This document shows, piece after piece, positions 8,790 through 21,074 of a stretch of 54,778 nt of DNA. The notes beneath the pieces were generated by a model. It did no database searches and was not told the DNA's origin. It worked only from the letters and a program-made list of their open reading frames with translations. Within the stretch, counting starts at the first letter, position 1. Each line of letters opens with the position of its first letter. The stretch comes from Rhizomicrobium sp. (GTDB lineage Bacteria > Pseudomonadota > Alphaproteobacteria > Micropepsales > Micropepsaceae), in the NCBI GenBank assembly GCA_051959625.1, contig JBQCFD010000200.1, positions 1 to 54,778 on the forward strand. Direction: 5' to 3'. A program made the position numbers and the translations under genes.

Positions 8790-10014
8790 CGGCGGCGTCC
8801 GTCAGCCGGTCCACCTTGCGCAAGGGCGGGAAGAGCTTCATCCAGACCGCCACCACCGCAAGCGTTCCGATGCCGCCAAGGATCACGGCCGGAACGGTGC
8901 CGAACCAGGCCGCGGTGAGTCCCGACTCGAACTCGCCCAATTCGTTCGAGGCGCCGATGAAGAGCATGTTCACCGCGCTGACGCGGCCGCGCATCGCGTC
9001 AGGGGTCGCGAACTGGATCAGCGACGACCGGATATAGACGCTGATCATGTCGGACGCGCCGGTGATGAAAAGCGCCGCCAGCGACAGATAGATGTTGCGC
9101 GACAACCCGAACGCGATAGTCGCAAATCCGAACACCGCGACGGCGGCGAACATGCGCCGCCCGCTGTGCCGCTCGATGGGATAATGGGCGAGCAGAAAAG
9201 CGGTGAGCGCGGCGCCCGCCGCCGGCGCGCTGCGCAATACGCCAAGGCCGACAGGACCCGCATGCAGGATGTCGCGCGCGAAAACGGGAAGCAGCGCCAC
9301 CGCGCCACCCAGCAGGACGGCGAAAAGATCCAGCGAGATCGCGCCCATGATGATGGGCCTGAGCCGCACGAAATGGACACCCTCGATCACGCGCGCCAGG
9401 CGCGACATCTGCACCGACGAATCATGCACGAGCCGGCGTCCGCCAAGCGTGCTCGTCAGAATGGCGGCGATCAGGAAGCTCGCGAAACTCGTGCTGTAGG
9501 TGGCGGCCGGGCCGAGCGCATAGAGAAATCCGCCAAGAGCGGGCCCTGCGATCACCGCCGTCGTGAACGCAGACGATGACAGCGCGATCGATTTCGCCAG
9601 CCGCTCGGGCTGAACCAGGAACGGCAGCAGCGCCTGACCGGAAGGACCGGAGAAACCGCGCGCGGCGCCGAACAGGATCAGCACGGCGTAGAACAGCACC
9701 GCGTCGCGCGGCGCGAGCAGACTGATAAGCAGGAAAAGACCCGAGCACAGACCGGCGACGATCTGCGAAGCGGCGAGCACGCGCCGCTGATCGAAGCGAT
9801 CGGAGATTTCGCCCGCCGGAAGCGTAAGCAGGAACATCGGCGCGAACTGGCAAAGACCGACAAGTCCCAGCGCCAGCGGCGTGCGCTCGATGTCGTAGAT
9901 CTGCCAGCCGATGGCCACCGACTGCGCCTGCATGGCGACGGTGGAGAGGAAACGGCTGGAGACGAAGAAGGAGAAATCGCGGTCGCGGTAGACCGCGGGC
10001 GGAGAATCCGTCAT
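8767..10014 (-). CDS. MFS transporter (EntS/H+ antiporter-like)
   Basis: About 12 hydrophobic segments; AISLDLFAVLLGGA and PDAMRGRVSAVN. Confidence 0.88.
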   Translation of the reverse strand: MTDSPPAVYRDRDFSFFVSSRFLSTVAMQAQSVAIGWQIYDIERTPLALGLVGLCQFAPMFLLTLPAGEISDRFDQRRVLAASQIVAGLCSGLFLLISLLAPRDAVLFYAVLILFGAARGFSGPSGQALLPFLVQPERLAKSIALSSSAFTTAVIAGPALGGFLYALGPAATYSTSFASFLIAAILTSTLGGRRLVHDSSVQMSRLARVIEGVHFVRLRPIIMGAISLDLFAVLLGGAVALLPVFARDILHAGPVGLGVLRSAPAAGAALTAFLLAHYPIERHSGRRMFAAVAVFGFATIAFGLSRNIYLSLAALFITGASDMISVYIRSSLIQFATPDAMRGRVSAVNMLFIGASNELGEFESGLTAAWFGTVPAVILGGIGTLAVVAVWMKLFPPLRKVDRLTDAAATSGTPA

Positions 10015-10045
10015 GGCGCCAGATGGCGGCAAGGCCGGTCCGAAA

Positions 10046-10591
10046 TCAAGATGCGCCCTGGCGCTTCTCCCACTGGCCGCGCGAGATCGACCAGATCTCG
10101 ACCGGAATGTCCTCTTTCGCGATCCGCAGCATGTGGCGCGGCCCGCGCGTTTCGCCCAGCCTTTTGGCGACGGCTTGAGAAGCCGTGTTGTTTTCGTCGA
10201 TGCAGGAGATCAGCCGCGACACCGGCTGGGTGAGAAAGGCGTAGCGCATCGCCGCGGCGGCCGCCTCCGTGGCGTAGCCTTCGCCCCAATAGGGTTTGCC
10301 GAGCGTCCAGCCGATTTCGAGTCCGGGCCAGCCTTCCGGGTTGATCATGCCCACGCGCCCCATCATCGCGCCGTCGGATTTGCGCTCCACCGCCCAGACG
10401 CCGTAGCCGCGCAATACCCATGTTCCGACCATTCCCGCGAAAGCGCGCCAGGCGTCGTTGCGCTCCTGCACGCCGCCCAGAAACGTCATCACATCCGGAT
10501 CGGCATGGATGGCCGCCAGCGCGTCGAAATCGCCGGTGCGCCAGCCGCGCAGGATCAGCCTTTCGGTCTCGAGCTGCGGAATCACGTTCAT
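10046..10591 (-). CDS. GNAT N-acetyltransferase (RimJ/RimL type)
   Basis: LETERLILR, EIGWTL..YWGEGYATEAA and NTASQAVAKRLG. Confidence 0.9.
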   Translation of the reverse strand: MNVIPQLETERLILRGWRTGDFDALAAIHADPDVMTFLGGVQERNDAWRAFAGMVGTWVLRGYGVWAVERKSDGAMMGRVGMINPEGWPGLEIGWTLGKPYWGEGYATEAAAAAMRYAFLTQPVSRLISCIDENNTASQAVAKRLGETRGPRHMLRIAKEDIPVEIWSISRGQWEKRQGAS

Positions 10592-10731
10592 CTCCGGTTC
10601 ATCGCTGCAAATCTTTTTCGCACCGAAAAGCGTTGGCGACAATTGCCGACACATAAGGCAGGCGAAGCGCTGGTTTCGCCGCATTTGTCTCCGATGTCTC
10701 GAACGTGCCGAAACGCAAGAAGGAGATCGAG

Positions 10732-11013
10732 ATGGTTCTGAAGAAGAGTTTGAAACTGGCCGGCGCGCTGGCGATCGTTTTGGGCGCGGCATCGCCCATG
10801 CTGGCGACGTCCGCCTCGGCCGCGCCCTACAACCACGGCCGCAGCCACTACACGCATGTGGATCCGATGCGCGATCATCGCCACATGCCGAAGATGCGCT
10901 ACGAGCGCCGCCCGGCCATGCCGCATCACGGCCACTACAAATGGCGCGAAGGCCGGTGGAACTGGAGCCGCGGCCATTGGGTCTGGGCACCGGGACTCTG
11001 GATCAGGTTTTGA
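10732..11013 (+). CDS. Small secreted His/Arg-rich protein with WXXGXW repeats
   Basis: AAGGAG RBS, signal peptide, and the segment YKWREGRWNWSRGHWVWAPGLW. Confidence 0.8.
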   Translation: MVLKKSLKLAGALAIVLGAASPMLATSASAAPYNHGRSHYTHVDPMRDHRHMPKMRYERRPAMPHHGHYKWREGRWNWSRGHWVWAPGLWIRF

Positions 11014-11032
11014 TCGCCTGAGCCAGTAAAGG

Positions 11033-11080
11033 GAGCCTCCGCGGGGAAAGCCCCTCCACCCGCGGAGGCTCTTCTTTTTT
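11033..11080 (+). terminator. Intrinsic terminator between convergent genes, possibly bidirectional
   Basis: Stem GAGCCTCCGCGGG...CCCGCGGAGGCTC followed by a T-run. Confidence 0.75.
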
Positions 11081-11088
11081 GAGAAGCG

Positions 11089-12087
<999 letters not shown>

Positions 12088-12143
12088 CTAGCGCGGGGCA
12101 TTGCACCCGGCAAGACGCCGAAGGACGCAGGCCCGAATCGGCG

Positions 12144-13493
12144 CTATTTCGCCTCCAGATCGCCCAGGCGGATGCGGCCGCGCCGGGCGACCAAGGCGAA
12201 AGGAATGCAGGCCAGGCACAGGCCAATCGCAAAGAGGATGCCCGTCGTGTCGGCGGCGGAATAGAGGAGCAGTGTCGTCGTCTCCAGGACCAACGCCACG
12301 ACCGGCAGCACCGGATAGAGCACGGCGCGATAGGGCCGCGGCAAGTCCGGCTCGCGGCGGCGCAGCACGAAAAGCCCCACGATGATGATGATGCCGCCGA
12401 AGGCGTTCATCGTGCCGATCAATCCGAAGACGAGATTGAAGGTGCCTGTCAGGGTGACGCCGACGCAGAATAGTGCCGTCAGCAACATCGCGCCCCATGG
12501 CGAACCGCCGACATTCACGTTCTCGAAAAATCGCGGCAGCAGCCGTTCGCGCGCCAGCGCGTAAATGATGCGCGGGCCGCCCATGATGTTCGCATTGGCG
12601 CAGCTTGCCACCGTGATCATCGCGGTGAGCGCGAACAGCACGGCGACGAATTTGCCGAAGGCGTCGACGACGATGGTGAAAGGAAGCGGCGTCGCGGCGA
12701 CGCCATGGACGCCAAGCGCATAAAGCAGCGAGCCGTTCACGCCGAGATAAAGAACGGCGGTGATCGCAAGGCCGATATAGATCGAGCGCGGAATGTCCCG
12801 CCCGGGATTGACGATCTCTTCGGCGAAGAACAGCGGCGTGTCCCAGCCGGCATAAGCGCCGCGTATGAGCTGATAGGCCCCGACTGCCGCCATGAAACCT
12901 AGAACCGGCGCGCCGGCGGCTGCCATCACCGGCGACGGCTGCGAGGTCGGCGTGAAGAACGCCGCCGCCACGCAGAACAGCGCCAGCATCGCGGCCTTCC
13001 ACAGGCTGGTGACCTCCTGCAGCGCGCGGCCTTCGCGCAGGCCCAGGATGTTGGCGCCGAACAAGGCGATCAGCATGGCCAGCGCCACGCCGATGGTGTG
13101 CGCGCCGGCCCATGGCCAGACCAGCGGCAGGAAGTTCGCGAACGAAATCGCCGCCGCGGCGATGCCGGCGACGAAGGCAAGCCAGCTCGACCACCCGACG
13201 ATGAGACCGCCGATGTCGCCGAAGGCGCGCTGCGCGTAGATATAGGCGCCGCCCGATCTGGGAAGCGCGGTGCCAAGCTCGGTGAAGACATTCGCGGTGA
13301 TCGCGATATGCACCGCGCCGAACAGCCACAAACCCATGATGAGCGCGGCATCCGGCACCGCTGCCGCGATGGAACTGGGCGCGCGCAGGATGCCCGAGCC
13401 CAGCATATCGCCCACCGCAACCGCGACGCCGAATGTGATGCCCAGAATCTTCAGAAGTTGATGGCGTGGTTCTACGCTTGTGGTGGCGTTCAT
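12144..13493 (-). CDS. APC-family amino acid permease
   Basis: [23 protein letters not shown] and [12 protein letters not shown]. Confidence 0.88.
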   Translation of the reverse strand: MNATTSVEPRHQLLKILGITFGVAVAVGDMLGSGILRAPSSIAAAVPDAALIMGLWLFGAVHIAITANVFTELGTALPRSGGAYIYAQRAFGDIGGLIVGWSSWLAFVAGIAAAAISFANFLPLVWPWAGAHTIGVALAMLIALFGANILGLREGRALQEVTSLWKAAMLALFCVAAAFFTPTSQPSPVMAAAGAPVLGFMAAVGAYQLIRGAYAGWDTPLFFAEEIVNPGRDIPRSIYIGLAITAVLYLGVNGSLLYALGVHGVAATPLPFTIVVDAFGKFVAVLFALTAMITVASCANANIMGGPRIIYALARERLLPRFFENVNVGGSPWGAMLLTALFCVGVTLTGTFNLVFGLIGTMNAFGGIIIIVGLFVLRRREPDLPRPYRAVLYPVLPVVALVLETTTLLLYSAADTTGILFAIGLCLACIPFALVARRGRIRLGDLEAK

Positions 13494-13518
13494 TCGGTCC
13501 CCGATCCGTGGGGCGATG

Positions 13519-14646
13519 TTACCCGATAGCGGCGTCTTGGGAAGCCGTGGCGGCTCGCGCGGTCCATCGCGCTGCGAGCGCTTGCCCCCGCTTCTCCACG
13601 ACGCGCGATGCGATCGCTGCGATAGCCACGACAAGAGCGAGATAGGCAAGCGTCAGAGCATCGTCCGCAGCCGGGCCGCCCAAACGAACGGCTTCGCCGC
13701 CATCGGCAGCGGCGAATGTGTGGCCGGGCGCGAAACTGTCGAGCGCGGACACGATGAGCGCGATGACCAGCATCTGAACGAGATAGATCGCATAGGACCA
13801 GCGGCCGAGCGCCTGAAGTGCGCGCCCCGCGAAGACGCGCGACAAGAAACCGGAATCCGAGGCGAATGCGACGATGAACACCGCGAAGACCGGCGGCGCA
13901 AAATACTCCAGCGGGCGATCGCCGGGAATGAACAACAGAAATGCGAGTGCGAGCACGACCGCGAAAATCTCCGCGCCATTTCCGGAAATCCATGCGAACC
14001 ATCGGCGCGCCCAGGCCTCATACAGCAGCGCGCCGAGGAAGAAGCCATAGATGCAGCGCGCGATGCCCCAGTCGAACGTCTCGCGCATGCCATAGCGCGA
14101 ATGCAGCGCGAGGACCGCAACGGACGCCGCGAGCAGAAAAGCCGATGCGACGATGCGGCCGCGTCCCGCGAGGACAACCACGGCTGCGAAGACGATCGTG
14201 GTCCAGAACTCCGTGCTTACCGCCCAGGCAGGCGTGTTCCAGGTCAGACCGTCATGAATACCGAGTGACTGTATCAGCGCGAGATTGGTGAAGATCGCGA
14301 ACACCGAACGCTCGCCCGAGAACCCGCTGCCGGTCGCGGCAAGGCGATAGAGCTCCAGCAGAATGAAGGCGGCGAGCAACGCCGCATGCAGCGGCCACAG
14401 CCGGAAGAGGCGGCGGATGGCGAATGTCTTCATTGCAGCGAAGGCCGGCAGCCGGGCGCCATAGGCATGCGCGATCACGAAGCCCGACAGCACGAAGAAG
14501 AAGTCGACCAGAAGCCAGGCATTGCGCACCAGCGGCAGGTGATAGAGAAAGCCGCGCGCGGGGAAATGATGCAGCGCGATCAGCAGCGCGCAGATGCCGC
14601 GCCAGCCATCGAGCGCGCGGAAGCGGCGATTGTCCGTCATGCGCAT
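13519..14646 (-). CDS. Acyltransferase family 3 (membrane O-acyltransferase)
   Basis: LDGWRGICAL, VDFFFVLSGFVI, W.VSTEFW and GRWSYAIYL. Confidence 0.88.
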   Translation of the reverse strand: MRMTDNRRFRALDGWRGICALLIALHHFPARGFLYHLPLVRNAWLLVDFFFVLSGFVIAHAYGARLPAFAAMKTFAIRRLFRLWPLHAALLAAFILLELYRLAATGSGFSGERSVFAIFTNLALIQSLGIHDGLTWNTPAWAVSTEFWTTIVFAAVVVLAGRGRIVASAFLLAASVAVLALHSRYGMRETFDWGIARCIYGFFLGALLYEAWARRWFAWISGNGAEIFAVVLALAFLLFIPGDRPLEYFAPPVFAVFIVAFASDSGFLSRVFAGRALQALGRWSYAIYLVQMLVIALIVSALDSFAPGHTFAAADGGEAVRLGGPAADDALTLAYLALVVAIAAIASRVVEKRGQALAARWTARAATASQDAAIG

Positions 14647-14649
14647 GCG

Positions 14650-14686
14650 AAAAAGCCGGACAGATGCATCGCATCTGCCCGGCTTT
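14650..14686 (-). terminator. Intrinsic terminator downstream of the HU gene
   Basis: AAAGCCGGACAGATGC-atc-GCATCTGCCCGGCTTT, with a U-tract on the minus strand. Confidence 0.8.
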
Positions 14687-14710
14687 CGAACTTCACGGAA
14701 TTGAAGAAGC

Positions 14711-15019
14711 TCAGATGGCTTCCTTCAGTTCCTTGGCGGCGCGGAAGGCAACCTTCTTGCTCGCCTTGATCTTGATCTGCTCGCCCGTCGCCGGGTTGCG
14801 GCCCATGCGGGCGGCGCGCTTGCGCACGACGAGAATGCCAAGACCGTTGAGGCGGATACGCGCGCCCTTCTTCAGGTGCTTGGTGATCGTCGCGATCGTG
14901 TCGTCGAGGAACGCATGCGCGGCCTTGTTCGACATCTCGTGCTTTTCGGCCAACTGCATCGCCAGCTGGCGCGTGCTGACAGTTTCAGTCTTCGTCTTGG
15001 CGGTTCCAGCCATTGCCAT
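14711..15019 (-). CDS. HU-family DNA-binding protein
   Basis: RKRAARMGRNPATGEQIKIKASKKVAFRAAKELKEAI. Confidence 0.93.
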   Translation of the reverse strand: MAMAGTAKTKTETVSTRQLAMQLAEKHEMSNKAAHAFLDDTIATITKHLKKGARIRLNGLGILVVRKRAARMGRNPATGEQIKIKASKKVAFRAAKELKEAI

Positions 15020-15148
15020 TGATTTGCTCCTTCATGGCGAATCAGTTGATGCCTGATTTTACTGCTTTTCCGAGACGCCGCACGGGGGAGCGGTGCCAGA
15101 AACGCAGATTTTTCAGGGGTTGGACGATTTGTCCACAGGCGCCCGGAT

Positions 15149-16984
15149 TCAGGCCGCGTCGATGAAGCCGCCCATCTGGCGGTTCCAGAGTCTGGCATAG
15201 GCGCCGCCGCGCGCGAGAAGCTCCCGGTGCGGCCCGTCCTCGAGAATTCGGCCTTTCTCCAGATAGACGATGCGGTCCATGTCCGCGATGGTCGAAAGCC
15301 GGTGGGCGATGGCGATCACGGTGCGGCCCTGCATCAGGGTCCAGAGCCCCTGCTGGATGAGATGTTCGGACTCCGAATCCAGCGACGAGGTGGCCTCGTC
15401 CAGAACCAGAATCCGGGCGTTCTTCACCAGAGCCCGGGCAATGGCGACACGCTGGCGCTCCCCGCCGGAGAGCTTGATGCCCTGCTCGCCGACGATGGTC
15501 CCATACCCCGTCTCCCGGGCCTGGATGAAATCGTGGGCGTAAGCGTCCACGGAGGCGCGGATCACATCCTCGTCCGGCGCGTCGGCGCGGGCATAGCGGA
15601 TGTTGTCGCGCACCGCCCGATGGAAGACGCCCGGCGTCTGCGGCACCTCGGCGATCGCCTCGTTGAGCGAGTCCCAGGTGACATGGGCGATGTCCTGCCC
15701 GTCGATCAGGATGCGGCCGGACTGGGGCTCATATTGCCGGCGCAGAAGCTTCACGAGCGTCGATTTGCCCGCTCCGCTCGGGCCGACCAGCCCCACCTTT
15801 TCGCCGGGCTTGATGACGAGCGAGAGATCCTCGAACACCGGCTGGCCGTCGGGATGGGAAAAGCGGATGTGCTCGACCACGATGCCGCCATCGGCGATGA
15901 CGAGAGGGGCGGCGCCGGGTGCATCCACGATCTCGTGCGGCTGGCTCACCAGCTCCAGCGCCTCGGTCAGCGTGCCGAGTTGTTCGAAATAATCCAGCAT
16001 GCGGAAGGAAAGCTCCTGCACGCTGTTGGTGATCTGGTTGGTGAGCAGATAGATCATCGCGAAGATGCCGACATTGAGATTGCCGGCCAGCGCGTCGTAA
16101 CCGGCCAGTCCCACCATCCCCAGCATCAGCGCCTGCATGGCGAGCGACATGAACACGCGCATGATGATGAGAAAGCGGCGCAGGCGCCGCGACGCGTTCA
16201 TCTCGTCGGCGAGGAAGAAGGAGAGGAACCGCCGCTCATACGCCGCCTTGGCGAAGGCGCGCACCAGATCGGCATTGGTGATGGCGTCGACGAGCCGCCC
16301 GGTGGAGGTCGAGACCTCGTCGGAGAACGCCTTGGACAGCTTCACGCATTTGCGCGCCAGGCTGATGACGATGGAAAGATAGACCACCGTCCAGACCGCC
16401 AGGATGGCGGCGTAGATCGCATGCGCGGTGAGCAGCAGAACGCCGCCCACGATCAGCACCAGACAGACGCGCACCATCTCGAAGCAGAGGATGTTGAGGA
16501 TGGAGACGGTCGCCTGCCCCGCCTGTTTCACCTTCTGGCCGAGCTTTCCGGCGAAGTTCTCCTGGAAATAGCGCGGGCTGTGACCCATCAGCCAGGCGAA
16601 GAGATATTTCTGCGCCAGCGCGCGCATGCGCGGGCTTGTCTCCACGTCCACGAACTCATAGGCGCGGAAGGCGAGTGCGGAGGTCAGCCAGATCGCGCCC
16701 AGCGCGACAAGCGCCGGCAAAACACCGCCGACGAAATCGGCGTGGCTCTTTGCGGCATGGGTGATGGTGTTGATGAGATGCGACACCGCCACCGGCGAAA
16801 ACGCGTTGATCGCCGTCGCCACCGCCGCGAGCGCGACAAGGATCACGACGCGCGAACGGAAGTGGCTTTTGATCAGAAAACCGATGAACGCGAAGGGCGT
16901 GGCCGGCACGCGCGCCAGCGCCATCGCCTCGGAGAGCGGCTCCGGACGGGTCAGCACTTCATCGGGAACGATGTGGCGATTCAC
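15149..16984 (-). CDS. ABC exporter, fused permease/ATPase
   Basis: N-terminal TM domain; GPSGAGKST, LSGGERQR and LDEATSSLD. Confidence 0.92.
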   Translation of the reverse strand: MNRHIVPDEVLTRPEPLSEAMALARVPATPFAFIGFLIKSHFRSRVVILVALAAVATAINAFSPVAVSHLINTITHAAKSHADFVGGVLPALVALGAIWLTSALAFRAYEFVDVETSPRMRALAQKYLFAWLMGHSPRYFQENFAGKLGQKVKQAGQATVSILNILCFEMVRVCLVLIVGGVLLLTAHAIYAAILAVWTVVYLSIVISLARKCVKLSKAFSDEVSTSTGRLVDAITNADLVRAFAKAAYERRFLSFFLADEMNASRRLRRFLIIMRVFMSLAMQALMLGMVGLAGYDALAGNLNVGIFAMIYLLTNQITNSVQELSFRMLDYFEQLGTLTEALELVSQPHEIVDAPGAAPLVIADGGIVVEHIRFSHPDGQPVFEDLSLVIKPGEKVGLVGPSGAGKSTLVKLLRRQYEPQSGRILIDGQDIAHVTWDSLNEAIAEVPQTPGVFHRAVRDNIRYARADAPDEDVIRASVDAYAHDFIQARETGYGTIVGEQGIKLSGGERQRVAIARALVKNARILVLDEATSSLDSESEHLIQQGLWTLMQGRTVIAIAHRLSTIADMDRIVYLEKGRILEDGPHRELLARGGAYARLWNRQMGGFIDAA

Positions 16985-17082
16985 GGCACGCCTGCAAAAA
17001 CGGGGCGCGGAGAATAATCTCGCGCGCGCCCTATGGAAGCGCCCGAAAGTGAATAATTCGTGGTGTTGCGAAAAAGCGCTGC

Positions 17083-17496
17083 TTACGCTTCGGCGGCGGC
17101 CTCTTCGCCGCGTTCGACGCGCTCGCCGATACGGGCGGACTTACCGCGGCGTCCGCGCAGGTAATACAATTTCGCGCGGCGCACCTTGCCCTTGCGGACC
17201 ACGGACACGCTGTCCACCAGCGGCGAGAAGATCGGGAAAACGCGCTCCACGCCCTCGCCATAAGAGATCTTGCGGACGGTGAAGCTCTCGTTCAGCCCCG
17301 CGCCCTGGCGCGCGATGCAGACGCCTTCGAAAGCCTGGAGGCGCTCGCGCGTCTTCATCTGCTTGGCCTTCTCGTCGTAGCTCTGCTCGACGACCTTCAC
17401 GTTGACCTTCAGCGTGTCGCCGGGGCGGAACGCGGGATGGGCCTTCTTGCGAAGAGCCTTCATCTGCTCGGCTTCGAGTTCCTGGATGATGTTCAT
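17083..17496 (-). CDS. rplS: 50S ribosomal protein L19 (with a loop insertion)
   Basis: [27 protein letters not shown] and [10 protein letters not shown]. Confidence 0.97.
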   Translation of the reverse strand: MNIIQELEAEQMKALRKKAHPAFRPGDTLKVNVKVVEQSYDEKAKQMKTRERLQAFEGVCIARQGAGLNESFTVRKISYGEGVERVFPIFSPLVDSVSVVRKGKVRRAKLYYLRGRRGKSARIGERVERGEEAAAEA

Positions 17497-17586
17497 TGTT
17501 CTTCTCTCGGGTCTTTTGGCAGCCGGCAGGCGTTGTTTTTCAATGGGTTTCGCGCCCGGACAGGACGCGGAGCCGCGCCGTATAGC

Positions 17587-18288
17587 CTAGTGTTTCTTCT
17601 TTTCAAAGAGGGTCCACAGATCGGGCCGCCGCAACCGGGTGAGGCGTTCCGCCTCCTCTTGCCGCCATTTGGCGATTTCCTTGTGATTTCCGTTGGTTAG
17701 GACCTCCGGAATGTCCTGCCCCTCGAAACTCTGGGGTCGGGTGAATTGCGGGTATTCGAGGAGCCCGCGGGAGAAGCTTTCCTCCTCGGGCGAGGCCTCC
17801 GCCCCCAAGACGCCGGGAATGAGGCGCACGGCCGCCTCGATCAGGGCCATGGCCGCGATCTCGCCGCCCGCCAGCACGAAGTCGCCCAGCGAAATCTCCT
17901 CCAAATCCCGCGCCTCGATGGCGCGCTCGTCTAGCCCTTCGAACCGGCCGCAGAGCAGGATGGCGCCCGGCCCGCGCGCCAGTTCGCGCACGCGTCGCTG
18001 CGTGAGCGGCGCACCGCGCGGCGACAGATAAATCGACGGCACGTCGGGGTTAGCCGCGCGCGCGGCATCGATCGCGGCACAGGCCACGTCAGCGCGCATC
18101 ACCATGCCGGGGCCGCCACCGGACGGCGTGTCGTCGACGGTGCGGTGCTTGCCGAGGCCATGCTCGCGGATATCGCGCACGTCCACCGACCAGATGTTCT
18201 TGGAAAGCGCCTTGCCAAGGAGCGAAATGCCGAGCGGCCCCGGAAACATTTCCGGGAACAGCGTCAGCACGCTGGCACGCCAGGTCAT
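17587..18288 (-). CDS. trmD: tRNA (guanine37-N1)-methyltransferase
   Basis: [25 protein letters not shown] and [11 protein letters not shown]. Confidence 0.97.
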   Translation of the reverse strand: MTWRASVLTLFPEMFPGPLGISLLGKALSKNIWSVDVRDIREHGLGKHRTVDDTPSGGGPGMVMRADVACAAIDAARAANPDVPSIYLSPRGAPLTQRRVRELARGPGAILLCGRFEGLDERAIEARDLEEISLGDFVLAGGEIAAMALIEAAVRLIPGVLGAEASPEEESFSRGLLEYPQFTRPQSFEGQDIPEVLTNGNHKEIAKWRQEEAERLTRLRRPDLWTLFEKKKH

Positions 18289-18737
18289 GTGAGGGCTTTT
18301 TTGAACCCGGCGTGGCTCTGCACGAAGCCGAGACGGCGATAGAACAGATGCGCGCGCGGGCGGCGCAGATCGGAATCGAGCTGCACGAGGCCGCAGCCGT
18401 TCTCCTTCGCCAGGCGGATCGCTTCCTTCATCAGCGCCGTGCCGATGTTCTGGCCGCGGGCCGAAGAGCGCACGCGCACGCTTTCGATCAAGGCGCGCTT
18501 GGTGCCGTTGCGCGACACCCCGGGCACGAAGACGAGCTGCAGCGAGCCCACAATCTTCCCGTCCTGCTCGGCCAGAAGCATCTTGTTGAAGACTTCCTTG
18601 GCCATGGCAGCGAAAGCTTCGCGATAATGATCGGGCACGGAGGTCTCGCGGTTCTCCGCGATCTCGTCGTCCGCCAGCATGGCGATGATGACGGGAAGAT
18701 CGGCCTCGTTGGCCATGCGGAATGTGATGTCGCTCAT
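18285..18737 (-). CDS. GNAT N-acetyltransferase
   Basis: IESVRV..ARGQNIG and [18 protein letters not shown]. Overlaps both neighbours by 4 nt. Confidence 0.88.
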   Translation of the reverse strand: MSDITFRMANEADLPVIIAMLADDEIAENRETSVPDHYREAFAAMAKEVFNKMLLAEQDGKIVGSLQLVFVPGVSRNGTKRALIESVRVRSSARGQNIGTALMKEAIRLAKENGCGLVQLDSDLRRPRAHLFYRRLGFVQSHAGFKKALT

Positions 18738-19255
18738 TCGACGCTTCCTTTCTCGCCCGCTTCGATTTCTTCCGGCGCAGCGATGACGATACGGCCGCCT
18801 TCCATGTCTATTTTCTGCGCGACTTCGCGGGTGAAGGGCAGGAAGACTTCATCGCCATCGTCGCGCACGATCTCGATCACGTCGCCCGCGCCGAAATTGT
18901 GCAGCGCGCGCACCGTGCCCATGGACCGGCCTTCGGTATCTTCCGCGCGCAGGCCGATAAGATCGGCGTGATAGAACTCATCCGCGGCTTCCTTCGGAAG
19001 AGCGGAGCGCGGAATGAAAAGCTCCGCACCCTTGAGCGCTTCCGCTTTGTCGCGGTCGGTCACGCCCTCGAGCGCGACCACCGCCTCGGCCTTGCCTTCG
19101 CGCACGGATGTGACGCGGAAGCTCCTGCCGTCCTTCGTATGCAGCGGGCCATAGGCGCCGAGCTTCTGCGGAGTTTCGGTGAAGGTTTTCACCTTCACCT
19201 CACCCTTCAGGCCCGATGCGCCGGTGACGACGCCAAGAAGAACGTCGCGCGCCAC
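18734..19255 (-). CDS. rimM: Ribosome maturation factor RimM
   Basis: [18 protein letters not shown] and [10 protein letters not shown]; position in the operon. Confidence 0.95.
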   Translation of the reverse strand: MARDVLLGVVTGASGLKGEVKVKTFTETPQKLGAYGPLHTKDGRSFRVTSVREGKAEAVVALEGVTDRDKAEALKGAELFIPRSALPKEAADEFYHADLIGLRAEDTEGRSMGTVRALHNFGAGDVIEIVRDDGDEVFLPFTREVAQKIDMEGGRIVIAAPEEIEAGEKGSVE

Positions 19256-19258
19256 GGC

Positions 19259-19636
19259 TTAGGCCTGCGCTTCGCCCTCAGCCGGAGCAGCGGCGGCGTC
19301 GGCAGCCGCTTTGGCGGCGGCGGCGGCACGTTCCTGCGCCTTCTTCTTCGGCTGCGCCTTCTCGGGATTGTTCTTCTTCAGCGGCTGCAGCACGCCCGCT
19401 TCGGCGAGGAAGCGATGCACGCGGTCCGACGGCGTGGCGCCCTTCTTCAGCCATTCCTTGGCGACTTCGACGTCGAGCTTCAGGCGGTCGGCGTGGTCTT
19501 TCGGCAGAAGCGGATTGTGATAGCCGATCTTCTGGATGAAGCGGCCATCGCGCGGCGAGTGGGAATCCGCCACGACGATGGAATAATGCGGGCGCTTCTT
19601 GGTGCCGCCGCGGGACATTCTGATCTTCAAAGACAT
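19259..19636 (-). CDS. rpsP: 30S ribosomal protein S16
   Basis: [22 protein letters not shown] and GATPSDRV. Confidence 0.97.
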   Translation of the reverse strand: MSLKIRMSRGGTKKRPHYSIVVADSHSPRDGRFIQKIGYHNPLLPKDHADRLKLDVEVAKEWLKKGATPSDRVHRFLAEAGVLQPLKKNNPEKAQPKKKAQERAAAAAKAAADAAAAPAEGEAQA

Positions 19637-19685
19637 TCTTTCTTTCCTTCGTTGAACCTGTTGAACCTGCAAAAACCGAAAGCAA

Positions 19686-21059
19686 TCAGCGTTTGAGACC
19701 GGGCGGCATGGGCGGCATTCCGCCGCCGCCGAACATGTTTGCGAGCCCCTGCATGGCGCGCCCGCCCTTGCCCATCTTCTTCATCACGTCAGACATTTGC
19801 CGGTGCATCTTGAGGAGCTTGTTGACGTCCGACACATCCACGCCCGCGCCCGCGGCGATGCGCTTCCTGCGCGAGCCATTGATGACGTCCGGATTGGCGC
19901 GCTCTTCCTTGGTCATGGAGGAGATGACCGCTTCCTGACGCACCAGGATCTTGTCGTCGATGCCGGCGGTGGCAAGCTGGTCCTTCATCTTGCCCACGCC
20001 GGGCAGCATGGCGAGCACCCCGGACATGCCGCCAAGCTTCTTCATCTGCTTCAGTTGCTCGGCGAGATCGTTCATGTCGAACTCGCCTTTCTTCATCTTC
20101 CTGGCGAGTTTCTCGGCCTTTTCCTTGTCGATGGTCTCGGCCGCTTTTTCGACGAGGCTGACCACATCGCCCATGTCGAGGATGCGGCTGGCGACGCGCT
20201 GCGGATAGAAGGCCTCGATGGCGTCGAGCTTTTCGCCGACGCCGAGGAACTTGATCGGCGCGCCGGTCACGCTGCGCATGGAGAGCGCCGTGCCGCCGCG
20301 CGCATCGCCGTCCGCGCGCGTGAGGATGATGCCCGAGATATTCACGCGCTCGTTGAACGACTTGGCGATGTTCACCGCGTCCTGGCCGGTGAGCGAGTCC
20401 GCGACGAGCAGCGTCTCATGCGGATTTGTCTGCGCCTTCACCTGCGCGACTTCGGTCATCAACTGGTCGTCGATGTGCTGGCGGCCGGCCGTGTCGAGGA
20501 TGAGAACGTCGTAACCGCCGACTTTCGCGGACGCCATCGCGCGCCTGGCGATTTCCAAGGGGCCCTGTCCCGCGATGATCGGCAGCGTGGGCACGCCCGC
20601 CTGCTCGCCCAGGATTTTCAGTTGCTCCATGGCGGCGGGGCGCTGCGTATCGAGCGAAGCCATCAGCACGCGCTTCTTCTCGCGCGTCTGCAGCATCAGC
20701 GCGAGCTTGGCGGAGGTCGTCGTCTTGCCCGAGCCCTGCAAGCCGACCATCAGGATCGGCGCGGGCGGCGAGCCCAGGTCGAGCGTGGAATTTTCCGTGC
20801 CCAGCGTTTCGACGAGTTGGTCATGGACGATCTTGACGATCTGCTGGCCCGGCGTGACGGAACGGATGACGTTCTCGCCGACCGCCTTGGGGCGGACCTT
20901 GTCGATGAAATCCTTGACGACGGGCAGCGCGACGTCGGCCTCGATGAGGGCCGTGCGGATATCGGCAAGGCCCGCATCGACGTCGCTCTCCGTGAGCGCG
21001 CCGCGCCCTCTGAGCTTGTCGAATGTGGCGCCGAGGCGCTGCTGCAAACCGTCGAACAT
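19686..21059 (-). CDS. ffh: Signal recognition particle protein
   Basis: [21 protein letters not shown] and the M-domain [11 protein letters not shown]. Confidence 0.97.
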   Translation of the reverse strand: MFDGLQQRLGATFDKLRGRGALTESDVDAGLADIRTALIEADVALPVVKDFIDKVRPKAVGENVIRSVTPGQQIVKIVHDQLVETLGTENSTLDLGSPPAPILMVGLQGSGKTTTSAKLALMLQTREKKRVLMASLDTQRPAAMEQLKILGEQAGVPTLPIIAGQGPLEIARRAMASAKVGGYDVLILDTAGRQHIDDQLMTEVAQVKAQTNPHETLLVADSLTGQDAVNIAKSFNERVNISGIILTRADGDARGGTALSMRSVTGAPIKFLGVGEKLDAIEAFYPQRVASRILDMGDVVSLVEKAAETIDKEKAEKLARKMKKGEFDMNDLAEQLKQMKKLGGMSGVLAMLPGVGKMKDQLATAGIDDKILVRQEAVISSMTKEERANPDVINGSRRKRIAAGAGVDVSDVNKLLKMHRQMSDVMKKMGKGGRAMQGLANMFGGGGMPPMPPGLKR

Positions 21060-21074
21060 CGAAACTCCAAACAG

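Noticed and set aside
19651-19669. 9-bp tandem repeat GTTGAACCT x2 before rpsP
   Set aside because: Only two copies; no support for a function.
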